Below are positions 24,845 through 37,125 of a stretch of 64,000 nt of DNA, piece after piece. The position numbers were made by a program, and so were the translations under genes. The notes under the pieces are model-generated. The model did not search any database and had not been told where the DNA came from. It saw nothing but the letters and a program-made list of their open reading frames with translations. Each line of letters starts with the position of its first letter. Position 1 is the stretch's first letter. Origin of the DNA: Phoronis australis. Taxonomy: Eukaryota; Animalia; Phoronida. The stretch spans positions 46,388 through 110,387 of the forward strand of contig NMRA01000601.1 in assembly GCA_002633005.1 (NCBI GenBank). The letters run 5' to 3'.

Positions 24845-27698
24845 AGGTGTAGGTTCACCCACTGATTCAGATCTAGTAGATGCTTGATGTATTTTTGGTG
24901 CTAAGAATTGATGAATTGTTTTAAAATTAAGGCTTCTGTACCACAAGTGCACCCGGGTCCCCCCAACCCCTTGAGTAAGGAAAGCAACGTTGCTGGCATG
25001 TTATATTTTTGTGGTTACGTAACAAAATAGTTTACTTTGGAAATTGTTTTTGGTCGCCTTCATGTCATTCTGCATCTGCCGCGGTGTAGTATTGTGCAAG
25101 TTGAAATTAAATAGTACCCGAGCAGTGTGTGAGAAGTCTTAGTTCAGTGTAAGCATTGTAATGTGGACTGAAGGCATGTTTGTTTGAAACAAGTAGTTTT
25201 AATGTTTAACATTCTGTCTTTTATGAATTACCGAAAGAAATGATTGATGTAAAGTCCCAGTTATTGTTGTGCACATGAGCAATCAGTAGTAATAATTGAT
25301 AGTTGAGGCATAATTCTCAAGTATTACCCACTTCTTATGCTCTTTGCCGTGTTTGGAGGAGGCAGTGTGGCTCGGCTCGGTCTTACTGGTGAACGTATGC
25401 AAAGGAGTGAATCTGAATATAATGCGAAAACAATTTCTGGTACTATATTAATTACTCCATGTTAATATTTACTTCTCAATTGGCTCCATTTTGATTTTAA
25501 AACTGCATTTCACCCTGTTTAGATGGATAAAAAGCAAATTAGACCTTTAGTTTAATGAAGCAAGTCTCATGACATTCTTTACTGTTATTATTATTCTATT
25601 ATCATTTCCAAAAATCATGAGACTCAAGAAAATGCTTCAGTTTTTGGGGCGTCGGCGAACTCTGAAATGAAGCATGTAAATATTGCCTGTTAATGGAATT
25701 AGGATACTATTGCCATAAGGAATATTATAGACTGATTTTGTGAGACAGGTCTATTTGTTTTTCTTCTTTTTGCCAACTAAACAAGGCTAAAAACTGTTGG
25801 GTCTTTGTGATAATGGTTGGAATAATTGGTGTTACCTTTCCAGTTAAATCCCAGTTTGAACATATAAAGTAGTGCCTGCTTGCGTAGACCCTGTGGAGGT
25901 AATGTTATGTATGAGAATGGCAACGTCGCACCAATTCAGGACACAATAATTTTTAACGTAAAGGGGCTTCAAATAAATAAATGCTTCATAATTATGTTGC
26001 CATAGCTACCATCAGACAAATGTTCTGAGTAGTTTCGGTGTGCATTTACAACAAAGTTAGAAACTTGCGAATAATAAAAAGTGAATTTGGCTGTTGTTTT
26101 TGTTCGAAGTTTGTAAGATTTTACGGTATACATTTGTGGCCATAATCTGCTTAACACTTTGTAGCTTTAAGCTTTTAGCGCGTGATATGCAATATTATAT
26201 GCAAGTACCATTGTGGAGAATTTGAATGTTGTTGTAGTTTAAAAATACTTTGAAGATTCAATAAATACCTTGTCAAAACAGGAGGCTCATTTCTTTTTGT
26301 TTCACAACATTTTTAAGCTTGAAACGTGCTATGGTATATTATTTTCTCAGACAAGTTCTAAGTTGTCTAAAGTTAGGAAATCATAGAGTAGATTTTAGGA
26401 ATACCAAACACAAAGCTTTACCAATGACAGATTTTAAGAGTGTTTGAGGTGTTAGATTCAATCGTGTGTATCAAAATACATTATTCAGAACTCAAAAAAC
26501 ACCACTAAAGCAAAAAATTAATGTATTCCACTTCCAGCATAAAAATCAATTTCAGCACTTTTGTTGTCCCAAATTCAGAAAACTGGCATAAATTGAAAAA
26601 CTTGTAAAGTGGGTTTGTGGGGTCTGTTTCGTGTAACTTATTCAGTTGGTTGGACTGTTGAAGTGACATTGCCCTGTTACACATCTCTTTGCTCTGGTTG
26701 AAGTTTTCTAGGGGAAAGATTAAAATTTTATGTAAACCAACTCCACCACGAATCGGTGATATTCATTTTCTTATACTGACTGCCAATAAGCAGCTTTCAA
26801 ACAGGTTTGATACTCTCTTGTCAACATCACGGAAATTCTGGTTTAAAATTTTTTAGCTTTTCAAATGATTGGGTGCTCTTTTTCGTCTAATTTACATTCT
26901 GAGTTTTCACCATAACATACATAAAAGCTTAAAACCACAGTTGCTATGAGGGTTGGGATGACGACAACAAGGGGGTTGGTTTGCGAAGTCAAATTGGTTT
27001 GTGCCCCCCCCCAATATTTTTTTCCTTCGTACGGGCCTGTGTATTATGAGCTTGAGGTCAGGTCAGTTGACGCGTTTTGTGTTAAATCCAGAAGACACGG
27101 GGATCATGTTACAGTAGCTCCACCTTTTGTTCCGGAGGAAATCGACATATTTTCCACCCTACAGCCATATTGCCTCAAGGGCAGGAATGCTGTCACCTTT
27201 GCAAGCCAATCAGCGGGTCATAAAAAGGCAACATACCCTGAAATGGGGAAGTTACTTCTGACCTTGGTAAACAAGTTTTAAGAGCAGTGAGTGGGTCTAA
27301 GCAACAAAAACAGCCGAAAATGTTGTGAATGTAATTTTATTAAGCTTTATTCAAGTATAAAAAGGCAGTGACTGGCAAATATTAAAAGAACACGTTAGTA
27401 TAGCCTTAATCATGTCTTCGACAACTTCGAAGTAAGACAAACTTTGGATTTAACATCTTCCTTACTAAATGTCAACATGTTAGGTTTAGGTTTGGCTCTA
27501 CATAATATCTATCCATCCCATAATTTAAGAGCACAGATACAGTAAATTTTCTCTCTAGATTATCCAGCGTGGAAAAACTAAATGCAGACATTGATGATAA
27601 AAAGTTCGAAAATTGAGTTTCATGAGTGTTCACATAGACCATATCAAAATGCATATGTTTGACATTGATGTTAATTTGTTGTGCTCTCTCGAAAGCAT

Positions 27699-27752
27699 TT
27701 ACAGCGGGTTGATTGGTCTCAGAATGGGAACTCCGGCATTCTTTCTCTGGCA
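27699..27752 (-). CDS. Myophilin/MP20-like locus, terminal exon C2 (CQRKNAGVPILRPINPL*), no CLIK repeat
   Basis: Strong acceptor TTTCTATATTTTTCAG, phase 0 matching the B2 and B1 donors. The peptide aligns with the start of C1 (AQKNKFAGPVLGP). AATAAA signals on - at about 27336-27351. Confidence 0.62.
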   Translation of the reverse strand, partial: CQRKNAGVPILRPINPL

Positions 27753-28636
27753 CTGAAAAATATAGAAACACGTGCAAGGAATAAGCAAGAATTATTAGTT
27801 TTCATACAAATATTTTTAAATAGAATGGCATTGAAACAGTGAGGCGCGTTGTTCTGCCTGCCTGGTTTACAGACAAAATCTATGTTGAAACATCCTGATG
27901 CTAGACAAGACTTAGTAATTATAACGATGGGGAAAATACCATGCATATGTCTTTTTAGGCGCATTTGCCTAAACCTTCGATTATATCCGGAATCAGGCGC
28001 ATGCGCCTTTATGAGAAACATTAATGACGAAAAGTAAGGAGTAAGTTTTTGAAATATGGTAGCCAAACTTGACTTAAGCTATACAACACGTTAGATGTTG
28101 AAAAATTATTTAATCTTTACTACTCTTAATGAAAAGTACTAAGAATGGAATGAGGCGTTGGCGCCGACGCTAAGTGAAACACTTAAGCAAAACTATAGTT
28201 CTTGAAAAAACGCATTATTTCGGATATAGGCGGTACGGGTCTATCTATATTCACAGTTACTGTTCAAGTTTCAGAATATTCTCACAAATGCACTGGTAAA
28301 CAAAAATGCCATCGATGGCTGCTTGGAAGAGTTCGTGAGGGTTTCGCCATAATCAGCATGAAACACGGTCAAACAATCCGTAATTCATAGAATATACTAT
28401 TGACTATTTAACTGACTTCGTCAAGAGCAATGCGACTTCTTCTGAACGCGCAATGCGGAACTCTAAGCAATGTCATGGTGATGAAATTATACATAAAGGT
28501 TACATCTAAATTTGTCGTACCACCTTTGGTGGGAAGCTCCAAGAGATGCCAAATGGTACCAAGCATTTGTTGCAGTACCGCCAACAGATTTTATTTTTGT
28601 CTTAAGAAATAGCAGTCATTGAAATTAAAATCTTAC

Positions 28637-28841
28637 CACTCTATCTAAGGCGTAGATCGCTTTGGTGACCGCGGGAATATTTTTCTTATCCCAAAGGTCC
28701 ACAGATTGAAAGATGTCTTCTTTAGACAATCCGTAATCTTCCGTGGCTTTGTTGTAGTTCTCAATATTTTGCATCATTAAAAAGGTGCTGCCGCTCGTAG
28801 TAACCTTCTTTATGCAGCCTGGCTTGAGCGTATTCATGAGC
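28637..28841 (-). CDS. Myophilin/MP20-like locus, CH-domain exon B2
   Basis: 205 nt, TTCAG...GTAAGA, phase 2 to 0. LMNTLKPGCIKKVTTSGSTFLMMQNIENY...DIFQSVDLWDKKNIPAVTKAIYALDRV is the C-terminal half of a calponin-type CH domain; the frame is intact. Confidence 0.88.
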
Positions 28842-30576
28842 CTGAAATAGAAATTAGCGCAGTGATCTCCTACAACCTTATTTGAAAAGCCACTAAAATG
28901 GGACACAATACACGATCACGTAGCATAACCTTGTCTATTAAGACCATAAAAAGACGCGTTCCTTAACGCTAGTGTATTGCAAGTTTGGCGAGATCACTCT
29001 AGTTTTCAAGAGAAATCTCCGTGCATTACAACTGATGCACGTGACCTCAACCGCTTTTCCTCGCGAAAATCACGTATTACGCAACGGGCCGCGTAACGTG
29101 CGCGTTGTTTCGGTTTAAATCATTCATTGCCAAAACGGATGTTAAGGCAATTCACACATGCTCAGTTAGTTAGTTTCGTTTTTTCTTACCCGTGCAGAAG
29201 CAAAGCGTCTGAAGCCACCATGCACCGGCGTAGCGTTTTTGCATAACAGAATTGCACGAGAAACGTCCAAAAGACAAGAACTTACGCACACATAATTACC
29301 ACTTCCGGCATTTTGAACTTCGGGTCCTCGATCGTTTATCCAGTATCCAGAAGTACGTAGCCAACAAATGAGGCTCTTGTTCTTCTACATAGTACCTTGT
29401 TACTCTCTTTGCGCGTATCCTCTTTGCAGGGCAAATCCATTCCAGTAACAGATGGCAGTTGCCGTGGCGGCATTCTTTATGGCAAAATGCCATTGGGAAA
29501 GGCATTCAAGATGTACTAATATTCAATCAGACTGTTTGGCATACATTTCGACCCCGTTCCGTGAACGCGTGCACTGAAGAGTACACAGAAATTATGTTTT
29601 TAAAATGAAGATAACCAAAAAGAATGCCATCTTATTTCATAATCAGTAACGAATAACGACTAAAGATAAAGGAATGTGCTCTCCATACCCCCCCCCCCCT
29701 TGAATTCAACGAGCCAAAAACGACTTAAAACAGTAGTTAAATTTTATTTCAATTCAGATATGAAGCAAATATCATGGTTCACTTTCTGAGTGTAACATCG
29801 AAATATATGTATAATAAAAAGCGAGTAACCGGCATGAGCATCGACACTGTTCTCCCAGTGTTTTGGCTGAGCTTAGAACTGTACCTCACAGGGCAACCTT
29901 CGGTTACTCGCTTGCTATTAAAATCTACAACTGGCTAACAACATGCCTGCTACGAAAAATAGCTCTAAGTCTGTCTACGAGAATCAACTAAACTGGTACG
30001 GAAATTTACAGGAAAACGTTGGGCGGAATTGCAGCATAAATAAACACCTTGAAAATATCAGGGAATTTTTACACTGGCGGGAAAAACGGTTATACAGAAT
30101 TCTTGCTATTGTGATTGTCAAGTTGCCATGGAAACGGAACACTCGAGGTTGGATTAAGAAGGGATGAGGGCACAGTTTTACATCGAAAATATATGAAAAT
30201 ATTTCACTTAAATCAATAAATATGCGGTTCCTTGAAAAATAGCATTGATCATTATTATTTACAAATCCCAAAATCAAATGCACGAATGAGTAAACAGATT
30301 TACAACAAAAATTCTTCATTTGATGTCAGTTACATCGTTGTCTTTGTGGGCTGACTATAACGTGAAAAAGACTGCATTGGAATAGCTATCGAACCAACAA
30401 AGCTCAAAATACTGAAACTTATATTTAGTAAAGTGCCAGTCTAACGGCTTTCCATTTCAAATTCTATAGATACACCTAAAGTATGAAGGCCCTGTGATCT
30501 GACCGTAGATTATAACGTTCTCGTGTCTGGTCTAATCTATAGAATACGCAGTTCTTAAAATTAAAGCGACTGTGAT

Positions 30577-30759
30577 TTAGTCCAAAATTGCACGTGATTT
30601 GCCCATGTTAAGTCCAGCTTGACTAGCGCCCTTATTGTAACCAGCTTGGAGTCCAATGTGAGATTCACCCGCGCGTAGAGTGGCCTCGTCGAAATTGCGG
30701 ATATTCTCATCGGCCATCTTGGGTCCTAGGACTGGGCCGGCAAATTTGTTCTTTTGGGC
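30577..30759 (-). CDS. Myophilin/MP20-like locus, terminal exon C1 with one calponin-like (CLIK23) repeat
   Basis: TTTTGCAG acceptor, phase 0. AQKNKFAGPVLGPKMADENIRNFDEATLRAGESHIGLQAGYNKGASQAGLNMGKSRAILD* contains the IGLQxGxNKGASQAG CLIK signature. AATAAA on - near 29743-29748. Confidence 0.93.
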   Translation of the reverse strand, partial: AQKNKFAGPVLGPKMADENIRNFDEATLRAGESHIGLQAGYNKGASQAGLNMGKSRAILD

Positions 30760-30809
30760 CTGCAAAACATAGAGGGAGCGCGAAAACGTAAATGGAAATA
30801 TACTCTTAA

Positions 30810-31053
30810 CAGTGGCAGATCTACGTTTTCAGTAAGGGGGAGGGGGGGTTAGGATTCGAGCGAATCCGAGGTGCGTAGCGCCGAGGAGGAGGAAGGTCGG
30901 GAGAGGGTTTCCCTCCTCCCGTGTAAGATTTTTTGTGTTTTTTTAGTAACTAATTTCGTTTTTCTGTCGAATTGTTTTTCAATTTTTGTTTTTGATCCTG
31001 TCCCGAGGGGGGGAGGGTTGAACCCCCTGACCCTCCCTGTAAATCCGCCTCTG
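30810..31053. mobile_element. MITE of the CAGTGGCGGATC family with 5-bp TSD CTTAA, 50 bp upstream of the C1 acceptor
   Basis: CAGTGGCAGATCTAC ... GTAAATCCGCCTCTG, flanked by CTTAA/CTTAA. Confidence 0.7.
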
Positions 31054-32269
31054 CTTAACTATCAGTTATCTGACTGTATTACTCATTTGGAAACTTACTC
31101 AGTTGAATAGCTTGTTTGTTTTATACTTTCGAATTTTAAAAAAGTTTGTAGAGAATACTTTAAACAAGGTAATAAGTAATTTGTTATTATTCTGTACATA
31201 GTCAATTATTAGGGGCCGAACAAACTCTTAACAATCTAAATATCCTAAAAGCAGTACATAATAAGAAGACAAGTGTACAATGCGTTGGATAACACCAGTA
31301 ACTCGCTTGAAAAGCAAGATCTCGCGAGATTCCGCGAGATATTGCCTTGTATTTTGAATGAGAGCACGTGATTTTTGCTGGATTTTTGTCGCTGCGAAAC
31401 AACTTTTGAGCTCTACCAAGGGCTGAGTCACCTGCGCACTGCGAACTAACTCCAGCGCAGTGTCTGTGGCCGTATAGTGGTTCTGCCGTTACCGAGCGGC
31501 ACCAATGTGGTAAAAAAGTAACAGCCAATGGACCTAACAGCTGTGTGACCTTGTTGGGAGGGCCAACCTGCGTTGCTAAGCACTTGACGTCATTTTTAAG
31601 AATAGTTCTTACTAGGAACTAGTGCCTGCCAAAACACTTGTTCCTATAGTGCCACAAAGTGTTTCTCGGTAGGCGGTCTTTCAGCACAGCGCTTCAATTT
31701 ACAAACTCAAACCGTAAGAAACACTCGACACTGAATCAGCAGATTAAAGTGAGTTGAAGTTGGATAATATTTAGAGTTGACGAACAGCATTCTTTCGTTG
31801 GAAAGATTTAGGAGATGTTGTACTAATATCTGTTCATATACTTAAACAGGGTTTAGCATCTTTAGACTAGTGGTGGTGTTTGAAACGAACTGTGTTAACG
31901 ACATAGATGCCATCAGCAATGACTTGATGCCTAGGTCACGGGACTAGCTTCACACTTTCTACCGTGGCAGTCATTTTTGCGAATTGTTTTCGGTTTCGTC
32001 CGAGACGGCCTCAAAGGTTTTACCGCAATCACACCGCGTATGCATGTAACGTGCTTGGGTTATAATGATAAAAGTTTCGCAAGTCAACTGTGAAGCCTGC
32101 AGTGTTGACGTGGTTGCAGCGAACTTTCGTTGTAACCTACAGTTTTCTGGTATAAAAACGTTTCTGCTGTACGATTAGAATATTCAAATAGTCGTGGCAA
32201 CCATGCACAAGAACCACCAACCTAACCCGCTTCGGGCGACAACAAAAAGAAGAATTTCCAATAACTCAC

Positions 32270-32474
32270 CGTTCTTCCTAATGCGTATATAGCTTTAGTG
32301 ACGGCTGGTATGTTCTTCTTTTCCCACAAGTCAACAGTTTGGAATAAATCCTCTTTGGGTACTCCGTAGTCGAGCATTCCCTTTTGGAACGCCTCGATGT
32401 TCTGCATGACGATAAATGCGCTCGAACCGCCGTGGATTTTTTTAACGCTGTTTGGCCTCAACACGTTGATCAAC
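32270..32474 (-). CDS. Myophilin/MP20-like locus, CH-domain exon B1
   Basis: 205 nt, CTGCAG...GTGAGT, phase 2 to 0. LINVLRPNSVKKIHGGSSAFIVMQNIEAFQKGMLDYGVPKEDLFQTVDLWEKKNIPAVTKAIYALGRT. Confidence 0.93.
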
Positions 32475-34343
32475 CTGCAGTGTAAGGACACGCTTTATAA
32501 GCTTGCCATAAAACCGCCTTTCGCCAAAGAAACTGACTTTCGATTTGGAGCACCTGGCGCTATGCAACTGGTCTCAGCTTACTTCTTATTCAGATGTGAT
32601 GTGATTTCCAAAAATGAAAGGAAGGACAGTTCGTCACCACGTGAGACCGTGAAATGTGTAAAAAAAACCTGTGATGGCAAACCAATGAGCTGGGTTTCAG
32701 GCTATACCAAACTGCCAGTTCTTTCTGGCTCTGAATTCACCTTTAATCTGAGTAAGGAACAAACTGAGGACACTTTTATAACGGCAAATGGTCTCAGCCA
32801 AAAGTCAGTCGAGTTTTGAATTGCTTTAATGTTCAATTAACGAAATAAATTTCATCTTTTGGTTCTAATGTTTAAAGAATCATCGAAAATAATTATGAAG
32901 GCACCATTGATTGTCTAGTCCTATAGCACTATTGCCATTACGTACATTGCTCTGAAATAACGCGACTACAAAATATGCATTCCAAAGGCATGAAGCGAAC
33001 CATTTTAAGACTGCCTGTACTGCTATGAATACTGTCTAGGGCCTAGACACATTCGTTAATTTTTTCTCATGTGAAATTTTTATTCGACAAATCACGCACA
33101 CAAATACAATCAAAAGTTAACATGCTGTGCAAAGAAATAAAAAATACTCAACTACACAAAAGAGGAAAACCACGCGGCAATCACGCGACGATTTGAACAT
33201 ACAACACACTGAAGAATGAAGACAGAGCGAGAGACAGAGAGAAGGAAAGAAAAGAAGGAAACACAGCCATCTTCTCATGAAGACGCCAGATGAAGCTCGA
33301 ACGCACGGACAGGATGACGTCTGATGATGCCGTTCGGATGTTTTCTGACCTGTTGAAACTAAAATGTTGTGTTAGTTCAGTCAGTTGGAGTTAGAACTGA
33401 AAATGAACAGTGATGTTAATAATATTAGCAAGTGTGTCACTGAAAACATACAAAACGTTAATGATAATAAAAACAACAGGTACAACAGTGCGAAACTCAT
33501 GCTTCTGTTAATGAATCACTCGCACACCATCAGCAGGCGACGTCTGTTGGCGAAGTCGTCTTTCAATGTCAGAGAAAAGGCAATGCAAAGCCACACATTT
33601 GAAAAATACATGAGACGCATTAGTCTCGCCATACCAGCAGCTGCAATGTTGTCTTCACGCGAGTAAAACAGGTCACGAGTTAGAAGGCCATCATCAAACA
33701 ATTTGGGGAAGAACATTAAATTTGGAATAAAAGGTTTTGAGAAATACGTGAGCTAGTAAATCACGGCCCAGGATATTTGACAGGCAAGTAATTCTGTTTT
33801 CTGTTAATGAAATGTATTTTTGTCGCCCTCGTTAGCATTGCGATCACGGCAAACACCATGCACAAATCAAAGTAAACGAATGTTAACATGCCAAGTGAGA
33901 AAGGATTTTTAGTTAAGTTTGGTGTTTTCATACGCCTGTTTGTACCACGTGATGTCCATTTTAGTGACCATTGACGAATCCCATTTAAATGAAGGCAAAA
34001 CTCTCTCGAAAGTGGGATGAAGTGCAATTTATTTTTCAAGTCTTCGTTAAGCACAGACCATGCCAACACATGTACTGTAATCAATAAAATGATGTTCCTA
34101 AAAGCAAAACTATTGACAATACGGTACCATTTTTTTGCTTTGGCAAACGTTCGAGGTTAAATCTTGTTGAATTAAATATGGAAAACCTTTTGCGTTTTTA
34201 GGACCTTGAGAATGTGAAGCAACAATACATGACCCATTGTGTGTCACTTATGTGACAGCCCGGCTCTAAGGGTGACCGTTTCGTATTTTACGGTAGTTTT
34301 GGTCCTTCAGTGCGCCCCGTTGGATGGAGCCTATTGGACTCAC

Positions 34344-34468
34344 TTGCACAAGACAATGCCGTCTCTCAAAACATCCTCAAGAGGTCCCTGGTCCAGCTTT
34401 TCGCCAATTATGCTCGCTATCCAGTCAAGAGCCTGTTGTTCTTCACCAGCATCACGCCTTCCACTGAT
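34344..34468 (-). CDS. Myophilin/MP20-like locus, CH-domain exon A2
   Basis: 125 nt, GCACAG...GTGAGT, phase 0 to 2. ISGRRDAGEEQQALDWIASIIGEKLDQGPLEDVLRDGIVLCK. Confidence 0.9.
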
Positions 34469-35880
34469 CTGTGCAATCAAAAGCATGTAATTGACAAGAG
34501 ATGGCGCAGCTAGCCAGTCTCTAACATCATGAACTGCGATGCCATGCGCAGCGGTGGACATATTCAAACATGAACAGTGACACTGATCGAAACAGTAAAT
34601 GCAAGACAAGAATAACAGGCTCAGTTTCGTTGACGCAAACTCGCGAGTAAAGCTAGCGTGACTACGTGCTTCGCTTCGATTACTCTCCAAGACTTGAGCT
34701 ATCTTGGATTTTCAGGAGTATGCGTCTACGGAACGGACACCCCACATCATAAAAATTACCCAGATGACTGAACTGTTTCTTAATCAAACAAAAATAGACT
34801 ACTACACTTTTCTCAGCGTGTGGAACTCTGGACTCTAGCAGTAGACCTGAAATGAGCTAATATTTGACTGTGGCCGTCTGGTAGGGCCGACGGACACACT
34901 GGCGACGTTAATGGGGCCTCACGGGGACCTATATGACCCCTTAACATTAAGGAATGCACGCAGACTGTAGTAAAGGAGATCACAGTCACATCTAGCCACG
35001 CTTGCATGAAAATGTTTCTTGTAGTTGAAATGTAGTTGAGTAAATGGCACGCGTGACGGAAGTTGTCTGTTCTTGGAAACTGGCTGTAATGATACCTGGA
35101 AGCAGGAAAATATCAACAAATGGTGGCTGACAGTGTTTTTAATGATTTATCTGCACATCTGGAACAACTGTGGAGAGGAGGAAACACTGACGCAGGTAAA
35201 GGATTGGGCCCACGTTTACACGGGGGTGGGCGGCTGACGATTTATTTTATCTGATCTGACATTGTTTCGTCCGGAGGCATCAGTGCTAGATTTTTTTTCA
35301 TTTTTCATTTCATAACAATTGTTTGTCACTAGCTCCAAGTTGTGACGCTACTGTCGTATTTGGTATTCCAGATATTTTGACCCTTCCGAGGGGAAGTCTG
35401 CAGGTTAAAAAATTTCTCTGGTGTGCAGGCCTTTTTAGAATCATAAACCAAACGAAATTTTCTCAAACATGGTCAGCAGCACACCCCCATAAATACTTGT
35501 GCGGAGGAACCTCAGATAATGCCTACAAAAATCATTTTAATTTATAAAACTTTCGTCCATTTTATCAGTGTTAGTCCTGACACCGACCTTGTCGTCACTC
35601 ATCGCCAGTTAGAAGACTTCGAACGATCATGGCGTCTGAACGGCTATGCATGAACACAAGCATCTAGGGATAGAAACAATAGCTAAACGACTGACGAGAA
35701 GTGTGAAGATTCACGTGGAAGCGAAAGAACAGCAAGCAGAGGTGGATAGGTGCAGGGTGCCTACATGTACACAGAAGAAGTACGAAAAGCAGACGTCATA
35801 AGAAACTGTAAGAAAAACACGTGACACTCAGCGAGGACCAATCGGGGCACTACGTTGGTGTGTGCAGAAGGGCTACCTAC

Positions 35881-36008
35881 TTGCACAAAATTGCGCCATC
35901 TTTTAGTATGTCTTCGTAGGGTGAAGTTCGGTCGATGGTCTCTCCAACTACAGCTTCCATCCAATCAAGGCATTCATTTTCTTGCTCTGTACTTCTCTTA
36001 CCATCGAG
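35881..36008 (-). CDS. Myophilin/MP20-like locus, CH-domain exon A1
   Basis: 128 nt, GCTTAG...GTAGGT, phase 0 to 2. LDGKRSTEQENECLDWMEAVVGETIDRTSPYEDILKDGAILCK, read manually; this frame is absent from the ORF track. Confidence 0.9.
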
Positions 36009-37015
36009 CTAAGCAATGTCAAAAAAGGGTTAATAACAAATCCTCGACAGTTCAACACGTAACAGTATGAAGCCAAAATCAAAGCTTGAAACTTGCAACA
36101 GTCACTGACAGACGCAAATGCTTAAAAAGGTAATACCAAGTAGCCCCGAATCAAAACTACGATATACTGCATAGAGGTCGCTACATCACAAAAATTAAAG
36201 ATAATTTATCTTCTGTAATGACAATGACCTATTAGAAACCAGAAACCCTAAATGAATGTTTGTGCGGAAAGCATAGTTCTACCAAGGAGTGTAGTTGGTT
36301 CTACACTTCCGTGATCGTGTCAGAATTCTATGAACAAAATCACAAAAATGTATACCGCAGGCGAACTGTTAGTCAAGACCCGGGGTCAAGAGCTGATATA
36401 ATGCGTCTCCATTTTTAGTCCACTATCGCAAACAAGGCGATGTGATACATAAGCTGGGGAATAAATTTGTCGGTCCTGTTCAGGGTCTTTAGATTGCTCT
36501 TAGAAGCGTCGTTGTAAGCGAGCTATTAGAAGCGAGTCGCTTCTAGCAACACAAAGTTTCAAATATTTGCAAATGCAGTACACTCCACATCCGGCTCTTA
36601 ATCGAGAAATTAATTTCAAATTACAGAATCAATTATTTTTGAGAAGCTATATAGGAGCTAGAGTACCAAGGCGTATTTTAAAAGAATTCAGAAGCATAAA
36701 TGCTCAAGTTTAGTAACAAGTGGCGCGGGGAGATGTAAAAGTAAACAAATGTCTAATTTGCCGAGTGACGAGGATGATCCAACACCCAAGAACCCCTAGA
36801 TCCGCCAAAGAGATAAAGCTCTCTCCGTTTCGGAAACTCAAACGAGCAACTAAAAGCTAATTGACAACGCGGAACACAGAGATAATGTTGTGAGGCGTGT
36901 ACAAGAATTTGAGAGAAAACCCTATTGACGTTTTGGTTCGCGTTCATATAACGAGCTGTTAAAACATCTTGAGCCTGACTACATTCTCAGAGCGCAAACT
37001 TCAGAGATTTCTTAC

Positions 37016-37125
37016 GCACCAATAAAATTCTCCGACAGGTCAGCAGACAGAAAAGCTATATATCACTGCGCGGACCAATGCACCACATCCGGGCACCAAC
37101 AGTGGACCGTCTTGCCTATTTATAG
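37016..37125 (-). promoter_or_regulatory. Candidate internal promoter (CTATAAATAG, both a TATA box and a MEF2 consensus) with a short non-coding exon ending at a GTAAG donor
   Basis: Motif at 37116-37125 matches YTA(A/T)4TAR; donor at 37015-37011; lies in the E1-A1 intron of a muscle-type gene. Motif evidence only. Confidence 0.35.

Noticed and set aside
29286-29430. A third 'A' exon upstream of B2 (IRAKR..EEQE.. and ...VIMC|GTAAGT), which would make B2-C2 an ordinary tandem gene
   Set aside because: The frame that would join B2 has a TAA 16 codons upstream of the donor, and the W and DG..LC motifs are missing. At best it is a decayed relic or a short alternative start (MPEVVIMCA).
34813-35095. 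A separate first coding exon for A2-B1-C1 (acceptor at 35096-35097, ORF MQAWLD...)
   Set aside because: No family similarity and no convincing phase-0 donor. The open frame upstream of A2 (34690-34469) is also unconvincing.
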